Positions 46,645 to 56,046 of a DNA stretch of 64,000 nucleotides are shown here, one piece after another. This stretch comes from a virus. The stretch lies in the IMG/VR virus record IMGVR_UViG_3300009176_000030, positions 6,379-70,378 of that record, one strand, 5' to 3'. Position 1 is the stretch's first letter, and each line of letters starts with the position of its first letter. A model generated the notes under the pieces. The model was given only the letters and a program-made list of their open reading frames with translations, made no database searches and was not told the origin of the DNA. A program made the translations under genes and the position numbers.

Positions 46645-47417
46645 CGCTGGGTGATCCTAACAAAGTTGGCGAGTTGCTTGTAGAACTCGTCCTTCAGGTC
46701 CAGTTGCCGTTGCCGGGAGACCTGCGGGTCGAAATCTGGCGGTATCTCGTCCCAGCCCCAGCCCTCACCGATGGGCGCAAAGTTCTTCTTGAACTCGCCC
46801 TTCGTCATCTTGTCGCCGGGGACCCACACGACCTTGCTGCCACACAGGCGGGCGATCTCGTTCATGGCGCTGACCGGATCGAACGAGTACATCACCCGCG
46901 ACTCGTTGAGCGTCCTCGCCAAGTTCGTCCAGTCGCCGGTCAGGTGGCGGCTGATCTCGACCATGCCCTCCGGCAGCGGCCTCGTCACGGATTCCTTGCC
47001 GACCCAGTAGGTGTCGTACTTTCGTTCGAGCCCCTGGTCGTAGTAGCGGTCGAGTTCGATGGTCGGCAGGAACAGCATTCGTTCTTTCGGGAACCGTGGC
47101 GGGGTGAACATCCGCTGGAACGAGAACCATGAGCCGACCGGCTCGTAGTGGGCGTGCGCCCGGTTGAGCATCCAGCGGATGACGTTCTCGTCGGGGATGC
47201 CGGGGATCGGGTTGTTGGTGCAGATTTCCGGGTAGATCGCCAGCCAGTTCTCGTCGAACGGACCGTCGTAGTACGGGGTGTTCCACTCAGGGTTCACGCC
47301 GCGGAAGTAGACGTACGCCTCCTGCCCGGCCTCGTTGAGTTCGTGGCACAGCCGGTGCATCGTCTTCTGCCCGGCCGAGGCATCCATGTAGTCGTACGAC
47401 CACACGATGTACTTCAT
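46641..47417 (-). CDS. putative glycosyltransferase (GT-B-like)
   Basis: SAG...MHRLCHEL, IYPE, IRW.L, YWVGK, SFDP.SA..E.A.LCG. Confidence 0.6.
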   Translation of the reverse strand: MKYIVWSYDYMDASAGQKTMHRLCHELNEAGQEAYVYFRGVNPEWNTPYYDGPFDENWLAIYPEICTNNPIPGIPDENVIRWMLNRAHAHYEPVGSWFSFQRMFTPPRFPKERMLFLPTIELDRYYDQGLERKYDTYWVGKESVTRPLPEGMVEISRHLTGDWTNLARTLNESRVMYSFDPVSAMNEIARLCGSKVVWVPGDKMTKGEFKKNFAPIGEGWGWDEIPPDFDPQVSRQRQLDLKDEFYKQLANFVRITQR

Positions 47418-47429
47418 CCCTCTATCCCT

Positions 47430-47606
47430 CTATTTCGTGGCCGCGAGTGTACCCCCTGGGTGGTCGCACGGGCGAGCCCTTGCAACGTGTCGGAGCATCA
47501 CCCGGAACAGCACGACTTCGAGGTTCTTGACCTGATCGATGGTCAGGCCGTAGTGGGTCCCCACCGTGATGATCGCCAAGGCGCGGGTGGCAGCGCCGTC
47601 AGTCAC
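47430..47606 (-). CDS. 58-aa hypothetical protein
   Basis: GTGA overlap with upstream gene; fills gap. Confidence 0.4.
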   Translation of the reverse strand: MTDGAATRALAIITVGTHYGLTIDQVKNLEVVLFRVMLRHVARARPCDHPGGTLAATK

Positions 47607-48082
47607 GTCTGACTCCAGCCGATCTCGAAGTCCTGGCTTTCGATCGATCCGCCTGACGCAGTCCCGGCCACCTGCTCCTGCACCACGATGTAGCGCGTCG
47701 TGTCGTTGTTGGCGTCGTAGACGTTGGTGTCGAAGATGTATCGACGCCCGTCGGCCATCGTCGTCGTGGCGACGGTGCTCGCCGAAGCGGTCGGGGTTGC
47801 GGCGGTGTCGGTCACGCCCATCTTGATGACCACGCCGTCGGGCAGGTCGCCGTCACGCTCGATCCAGAAGTTCGTCAGCATGTGCCCGTTCGCGGCGTCA
47901 AGTTTGATCCGCATCCACTTCTCGAACGAGTTGGTGCCCGGCAAGACCTCGTTGTCCTCGCGGTTCTGCGTGGAGTTGACGGCGTTATCGACGCTGACGA
48001 GATCGATGCCGGTCATGCTTGTTGACTCCGTTCCGGCGTTCGTCCCGGTGTAGACCCGCAGGGTGGCGGTGGCGTCAGCCAT
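47603..48082 (-). CDS. putative virion structural protein
   Basis: ATG 48082 in portal end; PG.NSFEKW motif; Thr-rich. Confidence 0.6.
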   Translation of the reverse strand: MADATATLRVYTGTNAGTESTSMTGIDLVSVDNAVNSTQNREDNEVLPGTNSFEKWMRIKLDAANGHMLTNFWIERDGDLPDGVVIKMGVTDTAATPTASASTVATTTMADGRRYIFDTNVYDANNDTTRYIVVQEQVAGTASGGSIESQDFEIGWSQT

Positions 48083-49607
48083 TCGGTGGCTTCTTGGCTG
48101 CCGGAGCGGGAGGAGCCGCCACCGGCTTCGGGGCAGCAGCGGCGACCTTCGCGGCATTCTGGGCTGCCTTGTCGGCGTTGGCCGCATCGACTTCACCTTG
48201 CGCCTCGGCAACGTCGGTCTGGGTCTTGGCCGCGAGTTCGGCCAGTTGCTCCTCGCCGAGGTACTTGTTGGTGTTGAAGTCGAGCACGCCCTTGGGGGTG
48301 ACGGCGATGAGGTGGTTGAAGACGTTGTCCTCGTCTTCGGTCCGGCCAATCGGCTGACGACCGTCCATCGCGCGCGCCTCGTTGGGCGACTTGGTCGGGA
48401 TGCCCGGCATCGCCACCCGGTTGATGTTCGCCTTCTGCTCGGTCTCGTTGAGGTTCAGCGCGGTGAACGCGAACTGGAGATTGTTCTCCCGGCCACCGAA
48501 CGACTCGTCCCAGACGAACTCGCGGGTCAGGTAGCGCTGGACGCAATCGAGCAGGGGCCGCAGGCCGCGGTCCTCGGTGTTCTCCTGCTGCGCCGCGGCC
48601 GATGAGCGGTTCACATCGAAGGTGATGCCCAGGTCCATCGGGGAAAGACCGTAGACGGTGGCGATGCAGCGCAGCAGGAGGTCCTGCCACTGGCCGAACT
48701 GCATGTCCGCGTTCGAGTAGCCGAAGGGCATGAACGACGGGGCCTTGAAACCACCGATGATCGCCATCGCGCTCTGGCCGAAGACGTTGGACTGGAAGTA
48801 GCTGCGCGCTCGCTCCACGTCGGTATCGATCGCCGAGTCGCCGATGTTCAGCGCACCGTTGGGTGGGGCGCCCATGACCATCCGGCGGTTGTACTCCATG
48901 GCCTGGAGTTCGGAGTCGATGACCGAGAGGAGGACCTGGATGGGACTGATCCCGAGTGCGCTGACGGTGCGCGGGTTGTCCATCAGATACATCATGTCGT
49001 CGTTGCGGAAGGACGCCCTGACGCGCCCGTCGGGGACGTAGAAGTAGCGGGGCTTCCGAGGATCGGAGCCGTCCCACTTCTCGTCGATCGCGATGAACTC
49101 CGACGGTGTCGGCCACAGTTCGGCGATCTCGTCGCTGCCCGCATAGCGGACCTTCTCGACAGCCGCGCCGTCCATCACCAGCAGGTCCTCGACCACCTCC
49201 TGGAAGAACGAGTGGGCGCTGATGTTCTTGGCGTTCGGGGTATCGAGTTTCGTCGCGATGCGCTTCGCCAGTCGCTTGTTGTCCTTGCCCTCGGGATCGA
49301 GTTTGACGATGTCCCAGTCCGCACTGGCGATCTGGTCGCGCCTGATCTTGATCGCCGCCCGGACCCACGGCGTCAGGCTGAGGGCTCGATACGTCCGGGC
49401 GTTGCCCTGCCATGACAGCGCAGCATTCGTCGTCACCAACTGGAAGCCGCCGGTCTGGGTCACGACGTTCGGGTTGTTCTGCGGTCCCGAGCGCGGTGAC
49501 GGCATAGCCCACGCCTGCATCCCCTCCCAGCCGGGGCCGGACAGGGTGACGAGTTGTGGAACGACGGGCGGGTTCTGGATGACGGCGGGGAGGCGTTGTT
49601 CGGTCAT
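48075..49607 (-). CDS. portal protein (HK97-like)
   Basis: LDTPN, GISP, DMQF, I...YG.SP..LG, PNEAR. Confidence 0.9.
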   Translation of the reverse strand: MTEQRLPAVIQNPPVVPQLVTLSGPGWEGMQAWAMPSPRSGPQNNPNVVTQTGGFQLVTTNAALSWQGNARTYRALSLTPWVRAAIKIRRDQIASADWDIVKLDPEGKDNKRLAKRIATKLDTPNAKNISAHSFFQEVVEDLLVMDGAAVEKVRYAGSDEIAELWPTPSEFIAIDEKWDGSDPRKPRYFYVPDGRVRASFRNDDMMYLMDNPRTVSALGISPIQVLLSVIDSELQAMEYNRRMVMGAPPNGALNIGDSAIDTDVERARSYFQSNVFGQSAMAIIGGFKAPSFMPFGYSNADMQFGQWQDLLLRCIATVYGLSPMDLGITFDVNRSSAAAQQENTEDRGLRPLLDCVQRYLTREFVWDESFGGRENNLQFAFTALNLNETEQKANINRVAMPGIPTKSPNEARAMDGRQPIGRTEDEDNVFNHLIAVTPKGVLDFNTNKYLGEEQLAELAAKTQTDVAEAQGEVDAANADKAAQNAAKVAAAAPKPVAAPPAPAAKKPPNG

Positions 49608-51247
49608 CGGCGCAACAGACCTCCCAGTTGTTGCTTCGTCCAGTCAGCGACGCGCGCCGCATTGGCTTGCGCCATCGCCTGCTCGAATGTCAGGAAGTCG
49701 GTATCGATTCCGGTCAGCATCTCGGCGACGTGGATCGGGACGTAGCGCGGGCCATCGACGAACTGGAGTTGCGCGTCGGTCGGCGGAAGCGGCGCCACGG
49801 TTGCCCCGGCGGCCCGAGGGGCCATCGTAACCGCCGCCATGGCGCCGGAGCCCGTGGCGAGGTCCATCGCCAGCCCCAGGGCATCGATGAGGTCGTCGTG
49901 GCCCTTGTCGAAGTTGACCATCTCGCGTTCGAGTTCGCGGTCGATCAGGTCGCGGTGGTGGTGGACGCGGTGGCTCTCGTACCTGGCGGCGGCGGCACGG
50001 GCTCGGACACGCTTGTCCACGTCCGCCCGGCGGCCGACGATTGGCATCGAGGTCTCACGCAGGAGGTCCTGGATGAGGATCGACTGGGCCTGGTTGTTCT
50101 CGATGATGATCTTGCTGACCGGGAAGCCGTGCGCGTGCGCCCAGTCGTACATACCCCGCACGAACTCGCGGTGACCGCCCTCGGTCTTGGTCCGCTGGTG
50201 GTGGAGGACCCAGTGCTCGTTGCGGTCATCCTTGGCGACGAGGACGCCTGCCGTCCAGTCGGCCCGCTCTCGGACCGAGGAGGCGAGGTCGATGCCGATC
50301 GTGAAGTGATACTTGCGATCCGCGGGCAGCGTGTCGAAGTACGCCTTGTCCCACCACTCGCGCTTGAAGATCGTACCCTCGCGCAGGCCCGAGATGTCGT
50401 TGCGGTACGAGCAGGCGAAGTTGTCCCAGCCTACGTCCTCACGCTCGGCATACAGCCGTTCGAGCGGCCAGACCTTGGGCCAGTAGGACTTCACCTCGCC
50501 GGTCTCGCTGTCTTCGACCAGCGCGTCGAGCACGAGGCTCGGCCACTTGTTCGAGTCCATCAACTTCTCGGGCAGGTCGCCCTCACACCATCGGGTACCG
50601 ACATAGATCACCGTGCCGTCGGGGGTCAGGGTTGGCATCAGTGACTTCCAGAACCAGGTCTCGACCTTCTCGCGCTGGTCGATCGTGTAGGTGTTGTTCT
50701 CGTCGAGGATGTCGTCGAGGAAGATAAGGTCGAAGCGCTTTGAGACTGCGGTCGAGGAGTTCGCGCCGCCCGCGACCATCGTGCGGTCCTTGGATTGGCT
50801 CCACTTCGTCCCGTCACGCAGCCACTCGCTGTCGGTCCACTTGGCCGAGCCGCGGATGCTGCCGAACACCGACTTGAACTGCTCCGACTCGGAGAGCGTC
50901 CACTTGATGGCCGCCGACATCGCCTCGGCCTTCTTGTCCTTCTGGCTGAACAGCCCGATGCGCAGGTTCGGCCGGGTCGCGATCAGCCACGACAGGAGGG
51001 TCGTGTTGAGCCACTGGGTCTTGGCCGCGCCTCGTGGCGCGAGAATGACGCCACGCTTGCCCGCCGGATCGCCCTGTCGGCGGTCGAGGAGGTCGAGCGC
51101 GAAGTTGACCATCTGTCGATGGTGTTCCGCTGCCTCATAACCGAAGACGTACTCGCCGTAGACGAAGGGGTCAGTTTTGCTCAACTCCCGCTGGGCCTGA
51201 CGAAGCATCAGTTCCAGCATGTCCCTGCTCGGGGCCGGTGCTGTCAT
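49604..51247 (-). CDS. terL: terminase large subunit
   Basis: APRGAAKT Walker A, LIFLDD Walker B, GTRW, GIDLA, HDDLIDA. Confidence 0.95.
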   Translation of the reverse strand: MTAPAPSRDMLELMLRQAQRELSKTDPFVYGEYVFGYEAAEHHRQMVNFALDLLDRRQGDPAGKRGVILAPRGAAKTQWLNTTLLSWLIATRPNLRIGLFSQKDKKAEAMSAAIKWTLSESEQFKSVFGSIRGSAKWTDSEWLRDGTKWSQSKDRTMVAGGANSSTAVSKRFDLIFLDDILDENNTYTIDQREKVETWFWKSLMPTLTPDGTVIYVGTRWCEGDLPEKLMDSNKWPSLVLDALVEDSETGEVKSYWPKVWPLERLYAEREDVGWDNFACSYRNDISGLREGTIFKREWWDKAYFDTLPADRKYHFTIGIDLASSVRERADWTAGVLVAKDDRNEHWVLHHQRTKTEGGHREFVRGMYDWAHAHGFPVSKIIIENNQAQSILIQDLLRETSMPIVGRRADVDKRVRARAAAARYESHRVHHHRDLIDRELEREMVNFDKGHDDLIDALGLAMDLATGSGAMAAVTMAPRAAGATVAPLPPTDAQLQFVDGPRYVPIHVAEMLTGIDTDFLTFEQAMAQANAARVADWTKQQLGGLLRR

Positions 51248-51749
51248 CGGCCTCCTCTCCTGAGACCAACTGCTTCAGCAGCGGCATCATCTCGGCCAGC
51301 TTCTCGGGTGTCAGCGTCACGGCCTCCATGTCGATCACGGTCGGGCCGTTCTTGTTTGCCTGGTCAACGGCTTGGTCGCCCAAGAGCACGCGCATGGTAG
51401 CAACGATCGTCGCCACGTCGGTCGGCTTGGTGATCTTGATCTCGCCTGCGTCCAGTGCCTTCTCGGCGGCGTCGAGCATCTTGACTGACATCTCCAGCAT
51501 CCGGTCACGGATGAGGGTCTGGGTCTCGGCCCAACGATCGGTCATCGCGTCGAGGACCTTCTCGCCCACCGTCGTTCGGATTTCCTTGCGCTTGCCGTAC
51601 CACCCGCCGCGTCGAGCCATATCCGCCACATGCGACCGGGAGATGCCGTGCTGGTCGGACAGTTGGGTCAACGAGATCGGTGGCGTGGACGAGTCGTACA
51701 CGTACTCTCGTTCGAGCAGTGCGGGATCGACCTTCCTAGCCCTGGTCAT
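51171..51749 (-). CDS. terS: terminase small subunit
   Basis: N-terminal HTH (SL.QL...HGIS) and GW..KR; upstream of terL. Confidence 0.75.
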   Translation of the reverse strand: MTRARKVDPALLEREYVYDSSTPPISLTQLSDQHGISRSHVADMARRGGWYGKRKEIRTTVGEKVLDAMTDRWAETQTLIRDRMLEMSVKMLDAAEKALDAGEIKITKPTDVATIVATMRVLLGDQAVDQANKNGPTVIDMEAVTLTPEKLAEMMPLLKQLVSGEEADDSTGPEQGHAGTDASSGPAGVEQN

Positions 51750-51942
51750 CGAATGTCTCTAGGTCGCCCTTATCAATCCCGCCGGTCAGGCATTCTTTGT
51801 GAACCGGGGCGCGCATCCCTTCTTCTCGATGACCATGCGCGGGCCAAACCCATCCGATGTCGTCGGCTCCGATTATTCCGCAGATTGCGCAATAAAGCGG
51901 AAAGTGGGCTGGCCTTCCAAGAAGTCGATCATTCTTGGTCAT
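51736..51942 (-). CDS. small zinc-binding protein
   Basis: CAIC...HKEC. Confidence 0.5.
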   Translation of the reverse strand: MTKNDRLLGRPAHFPLYCAICGIIGADDIGWVWPAHGHREEGMRAPVHKECLTGGIDKGDLETFDDQG

Positions 51943-51960
51943 TTCCTATTTTCCCTCACC

Positions 51961-52066
51961 CGAGTAGCAGTAGCAGTAGCACCTAAAGGAATCAGTAGCG
52001 CTACTACGAGCGCGCTACTGGATATCCCTTTAGGCAGTAGCACTGCTTCTGGTAGCAGTGCTACTG
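51961..52066. repeat. AGTAGC iteron-like repeats with two inverted repeats (candidate origin or pac region)
   Basis: AGTAGC x3 tandem; CAGTAGCACTGCT/AGCAGTGCTACTG 13-bp IR. Confidence 0.6.
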
Positions 52067-53467
52067 AGTAATAGGGAGTGCTTCCCATGATCCTGATGGT
52101 AGACGAGAGAACCATGATTCCTTGTAGCGATAGAGGCACGCCTTGACCGATCCCGTGTTGTACCCCGTCTGGACGGCGATCTCCTCGATGGTCAGGTGCC
52201 CGGCCGTCAGGGCGTTGTGGATGACGACGCGCATCGCCACGCCGCCGATCGGAACGCCGGGGCTCGGATAACCAGCCTGCTCACCAACCTCGTCGGCGTG
52301 GAAGGTGATCCTCTGATAGACCCCGATATCGCTGAACGGAGGATCGAACTCGATCCTGATCGCCTGGGGTGGCTGGCGGGGAGCCAGCGCATCGGGCTTC
52401 GTGTTACGCATAACGACGACGCGGCTGCCGATCTCCTCGCGCCTCTCGTCGGAATAAAGCGAGTAGGAGCCGCGGGCGTTGTCGCGCTTGCGGACCGAAC
52501 CGTACTCGCGCTCGGCGCCGCCCTTCATGTTCGCTCCGGGGACGTGGTCGATGAGGATGTTCGTCGTGTTGAACGAGCGCAGGATTTCGTATAGCTCATC
52601 GATCGGGGCCGACAGGTTGTCGCCGTGGTCCCGTTGGGCTCGGCCGACGGGGCTGACGACCACCACTTCGATGCCGTTCTCGACGATGTACGCCCCGATC
52701 GGGTCGGCAACGTCGTGGAGCGGTCGGCTCTGGCGCTTGTAGTGGTAGGTCGCGAGGAGGTCGATGTCGTAGGCGTTGCAGATAGCGCCGAGGCGGACTT
52801 CTTCTTCCTCCTGGCCCTCGTCCCAGTCGAGGACAAGGCAGGAGTACCGACGTGACGGCCACCAGCCGGGGATGATCTCAACACCGGAGCACAGGGAGGC
52901 GATAAGACCGTCGGCGATGGTCGTCTTGCCTGCCGAGCCGGGGCCAAACAGGGAGATGGTGCGCCTCTCGCGGACACGACTGGCGAAGATGAACGGTGGA
53001 GCCTCGGTCTTGATGGCCGGTCGGCCGCTGATCGTCGCGGTACCGTTCCTTCCGCCTGCTGCTGCTTCTCTAGCGCGGGCGATGAGATAGGTGATGCGTC
53101 GCTGCCAATCGAGTTCGGCACCGCCGAGTGTCGTGTGCAGACGCTTGACGCACTGGTTGAAGTTCGTCCCGCCGTTGACGCCGACCGCGTGGCTGAAGAC
53201 GAAATCTCCCAGATCAGGAAACGAGGCGTCGGCGCCGGGGGCATGGACCTCCAGCAGGGCCGACGGATCGCGCGCCCCGAAATCCAGACGGGAAACGGTC
53301 AGTCTCCACGATTTGTCAGCGGCTTCGAGACCGTACGACCGAAATCCGGCACGGATGAAATCACACTCAAACAGCGCGTCACCGGGCGCTGCGTGCCAGT
53401 TGCCGTTGGCAGCTTCCTCGGCGATCTCGACCTTGGCGATGGCGAGGGCTTCCTCGAAGGCCGTCAT
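52061..53467 (-). CDS. RepA/AAA_25-type helicase with C-terminal wHTH
   Basis: GPGSAGKT Walker A, LVLDWD, LIDH, YGSV.K.D.AR. Confidence 0.8.
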   Translation of the reverse strand: MTAFEEALAIAKVEIAEEAANGNWHAAPGDALFECDFIRAGFRSYGLEAADKSWRLTVSRLDFGARDPSALLEVHAPGADASFPDLGDFVFSHAVGVNGGTNFNQCVKRLHTTLGGAELDWQRRITYLIARAREAAAGGRNGTATISGRPAIKTEAPPFIFASRVRERRTISLFGPGSAGKTTIADGLIASLCSGVEIIPGWWPSRRYSCLVLDWDEGQEEEEVRLGAICNAYDIDLLATYHYKRQSRPLHDVADPIGAYIVENGIEVVVVSPVGRAQRDHGDNLSAPIDELYEILRSFNTTNILIDHVPGANMKGGAEREYGSVRKRDNARGSYSLYSDERREEIGSRVVVMRNTKPDALAPRQPPQAIRIEFDPPFSDIGVYQRITFHADEVGEQAGYPSPGVPIGGVAMRVVIHNALTAGHLTIEEIAVQTGYNTGSVKACLYRYKESWFSRLPSGSWEALPITQ

Positions 53468-54285
53468 GCGCTGATGCCCTCGGCGTCATACGCCGATCGG
53501 ATCGTGGCGTGAACTTCGTGCTCGTCGAGCCCTGCCTGAAGACCTGCCGCGGCGAGAACGTTGCCAGCCTGCTTGGCCGGGACGTTTTCCTCCAGCGCGG
53601 TCCGCATCGCCCAGTACAGGTAGTTGTTCCGGCCACCCTCACCGGCATGGATGACCGCGCCACCCAGTTGCCCCAGGACGGCCGCGATCTCGTCGGGACT
53701 GGTCAGACGGCTCTTGAACCGGTGAACGGCCGCCTTGGGCCGTTCTAGGAGCCCACGGAGCCAGTGATCGTCCTCCAGCCGCGGCAGGGCCATCTTCGGG
53801 GGTGCGTAGGTCCAGCGGTACGGCGCATCGGTCACGGACGGCGCCACGACGATGAAACCGCCCGCGGACTTCAGTTCGCCGATATGTGTGCCGTTCAGAT
53901 GTAGTTGGCGGGTGCGGTTGACGCCGGTCGGCTGGGTCAGGAGGTGCGTCCCGCCGCGCCCAGTCTGGGCGAGGGGAGCCTCGGGGAACCAGTGCTTGTT
54001 CTCGTGCATCCACGCTGTCAGCGCGGGCAGGTGCTCGACCTCGATATCCCAGGCGTCGAATGCCTCGCCGCAGACGATCCCGATGTTGCGGGTCGGATCG
54101 GCGGTGAAGTATTGGCGGACCATCTTCTCGTCGGTGGTCGCCCCCTCGGGCCAGCCCTTGTAGATCGGTCGCTTCTCGCCGGGCCAGACGGGGAACACTC
54201 GCCACGAAAGGCGGGCATAACCCAACGCCCAATCAACAGTCGTCAGAACCACGGGTGACGGTTCATGTGTCGGCCTCGTGACCAA
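53464..54285 (-). CDS. bifunctional DNA primase/polymerase (Prim-Pol)
   Basis: VFP..PG.K.P, AT.D, NIGI.CG, DIE, TGRGG.H, GGF.V.APS; RNN.L. Confidence 0.9.
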   Translation of the reverse strand: MVTRPTHEPSPVVLTTVDWALGYARLSWRVFPVWPGEKRPIYKGWPEGATTDEKMVRQYFTADPTRNIGIVCGEAFDAWDIEVEHLPALTAWMHENKHWFPEAPLAQTGRGGTHLLTQPTGVNRTRQLHLNGTHIGELKSAGGFIVVAPSVTDAPYRWTYAPPKMALPRLEDDHWLRGLLERPKAAVHRFKSRLTSPDEIAAVLGQLGGAVIHAGEGGRNNYLYWAMRTALEENVPAKQAGNVLAAAGLQAGLDEHEVHATIRSAYDAEGISA

Positions 54286-54363
54286 AGGAAGGAGGTTTGG
54301 ACCGGAGGGTCACACTCCGGTCCGCCACCTCGAAAGGGCGCCGCGGATCAGGCGGTACCCTGC

Positions 54364-54383
54364 ATCATAGGGAGGGCTGTCAA
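54364..54383 (-). promoter_or_regulatory. promoter-like TTGACA-N8-TATGAT
   Basis: Upstream of prim-pol; one of four identically spaced copies. Confidence 0.6.
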
Positions 54384-54593
54384 ACTCAGATTCAAGCCCA
54401 GATTTCGGGCAAAGCGGTAGTAATGCATTACAAAACGGCCGCAACTCGGCCGGAGGACACCTCGGGAAGGCATACTGACCCTACCTCCCCCGAAAGTCAA
54501 TACGGCTGTTCTCCGTCGCCCAGTGAAGCACATCGACCGAGGCCACTGGCATGACCAAGTCGGCGGAGGTTTCGACCGAGATGCCGATGTGCT

Positions 54594-54920
54594 TCACCGG
54601 GAGACGGAGCCCATTCTGTCCCAAACTGACGGATGTTCGGCCCTCCAGTCGATGTACTCGGCGATACGGGCATTCAGTTCCTCTCGCAGTCGCTCCGTCC
54701 GATCACGCTCGAACTCGGCCCGGATGACCGAGCCGAGGTGCTGGCCGCAGTAACCCTTGTCGGCGACCTTCTCGACCGCCCAGTGCGGGCATGGATGCGG
54801 TTCGCCCTTCGCTTCGATCATCTCCGAGCACTGGCCTAGCGCGACCTTGCGCGCGAGATCGCACGCCTTCTTCGTCGGGTACCCGCAGATGACCCCGTTA
54901 TGGGTGTGGGTCTTCGGCAT
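54594..54920 (-). CDS. Cys/His-rich hypothetical protein
   Basis: C...C...YCGQH. Confidence 0.55.
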   Translation of the reverse strand: MPKTHTHNGVICGYPTKKACDLARKVALGQCSEMIEAKGEPHPCPHWAVEKVADKGYCGQHLGSVIRAEFERDRTERLREELNARIAEYIDWRAEHPSVWDRMGSVSR

Positions 54921-55284
54921 CGGAGGGCTCGATCAGTGGTTGGGCCGGATCGCTGTGCTTGTGGGTCGCGGATATGGCGAATATCTCCGAGCGCCTGACC
55001 TCGTAGGTATCACGGTGGCGGATGCTCTCGATGACCTTGATGCCGATCGCGAGCTTCCCGATCTTGATGAGACCATCATCGATTTCGCCCTCGACCATCA
55101 GCGCGCCGCCCTCGCGGTAGACGCGCCCGTGGCCGAGCGCATCCTTGATGTCGTGCGAGAACTCGCGCCAGATCGGGTAGTCCTTGTCGGGGTCAAACTC
55201 CACCCCTGCTGGATTGATGAGGTTGCCGTCACGATCCGTCTGCTCGTCGAACGGCCGGACGAGCACGGCCTTGAACCTTGTCAT
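54898..55284 (-). CDS. prohead-protease-like protein, probably inactive
   Basis: DRDG.LI.P.G, P...SHD...G, L.V.G.I, KLAIG, AIS. Confidence 0.5.
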   Translation of the reverse strand: MTRFKAVLVRPFDEQTDRDGNLINPAGVEFDPDKDYPIWREFSHDIKDALGHGRVYREGGALMVEGEIDDGLIKIGKLAIGIKVIESIRHRDTYEVRRSEIFAISATHKHSDPAQPLIEPSDAEDPHP

Positions 55285-55604
55285 CAGACGGCCGTGATGC
55301 GGATGAGGTTCATGTCCACGTCGTATTCGACGTAGCGAACACGACCGGCCATCCCGCCGACCCGGATGACATCGTTGAGTTGCGGGATCGGCCAGCCCTG
55401 CGGCCAGGCGGTGGGCGAAATCTGCGTCGCGGCAGACAATCCCGCATTGAAGATGACGACCACGTTGATGCTGTACGGACCCGCCGTGAAGGACTCGACC
55501 GATGCCGGTTCGAGGTAGGGAATGCCGGTGAGTTCGATGGCGCGCTGCGTCTGGGTCTTGTTCTTGCTGCCCGGTGGGCGACCGCGGCGCTTCGGCTCGG
55601 TCAT
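55284..55604 (-). CDS. AT-hook-containing protein
   Basis: KRRGRPPGSKNK at N-terminus. Confidence 0.6.
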   Translation of the reverse strand: MTEPKRRGRPPGSKNKTQTQRAIELTGIPYLEPASVESFTAGPYSINVVVIFNAGLSAATQISPTAWPQGWPIPQLNDVIRVGGMAGRVRYVEYDVDMNLIRITAV

Positions 55605-55834
55605 GCGCAGTTCTCGCAAAGCTGCGGCTGCCCGATCATCCGGGTCAGCGGCTCGACCTCGGAGATGTCGAGCCCGTAGCCGCCCGATAGGGTCTTGGGC
55701 TGCATCCGGCGCCCGCATTTCGTGATCGCATCACCGGCCACGATCGACTCGACAACGTGCCATTTGCTCCTCGCGACGAACACCGCGTCGGTGTTGACTC
55801 GAACACGCCTGATCCAATCGCCGATCTTCATCAT
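55601..55834 (-). CDS. small zinc-finger protein
   Basis: KWHVV...TKCG...CENC. Confidence 0.6.
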   Translation of the reverse strand: MMKIGDWIRRVRVNTDAVFVARSKWHVVESIVAGDAITKCGRRMQPKTLSGGYGLDISEVEPLTRMIGQPQLCENCA

Positions 55835-56046
55835 GCTCCCTCAGTTTCCTTTCGGCCCCAGCCGCCATACCAGCCGTAATCCGACCGGAGCATGGCGCGC
55901 ATCGCCTTGAAGTCACTCCACGCCGCAGCTTCGACGGCGCGCTGCTCGACGAGCCGGTTCGGGTCCTTGTAGCACGTCTGGCACAGCCAGGATTCCATGT
56001 AGCGTCCTTCCCGACCACAGCGGACGCAGACCTCGATCCTAGACAT
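55831..56046 (-). CDS. small zinc-finger protein
   Basis: CVRC...CQTC. Confidence 0.55.
   Translation of the reverse strand: MSRIEVCVRCGREGRYMESWLCQTCYKDPNRLVEQRAVEAAAWSDFKAMRAMLRSDYGWYGGWGRKETEGA

Noticed and set aside
48193-49662. 489-aa alternative-frame ORF over portal
   Set aside because: Arg/Pro/Gly-rich off-frame artefact
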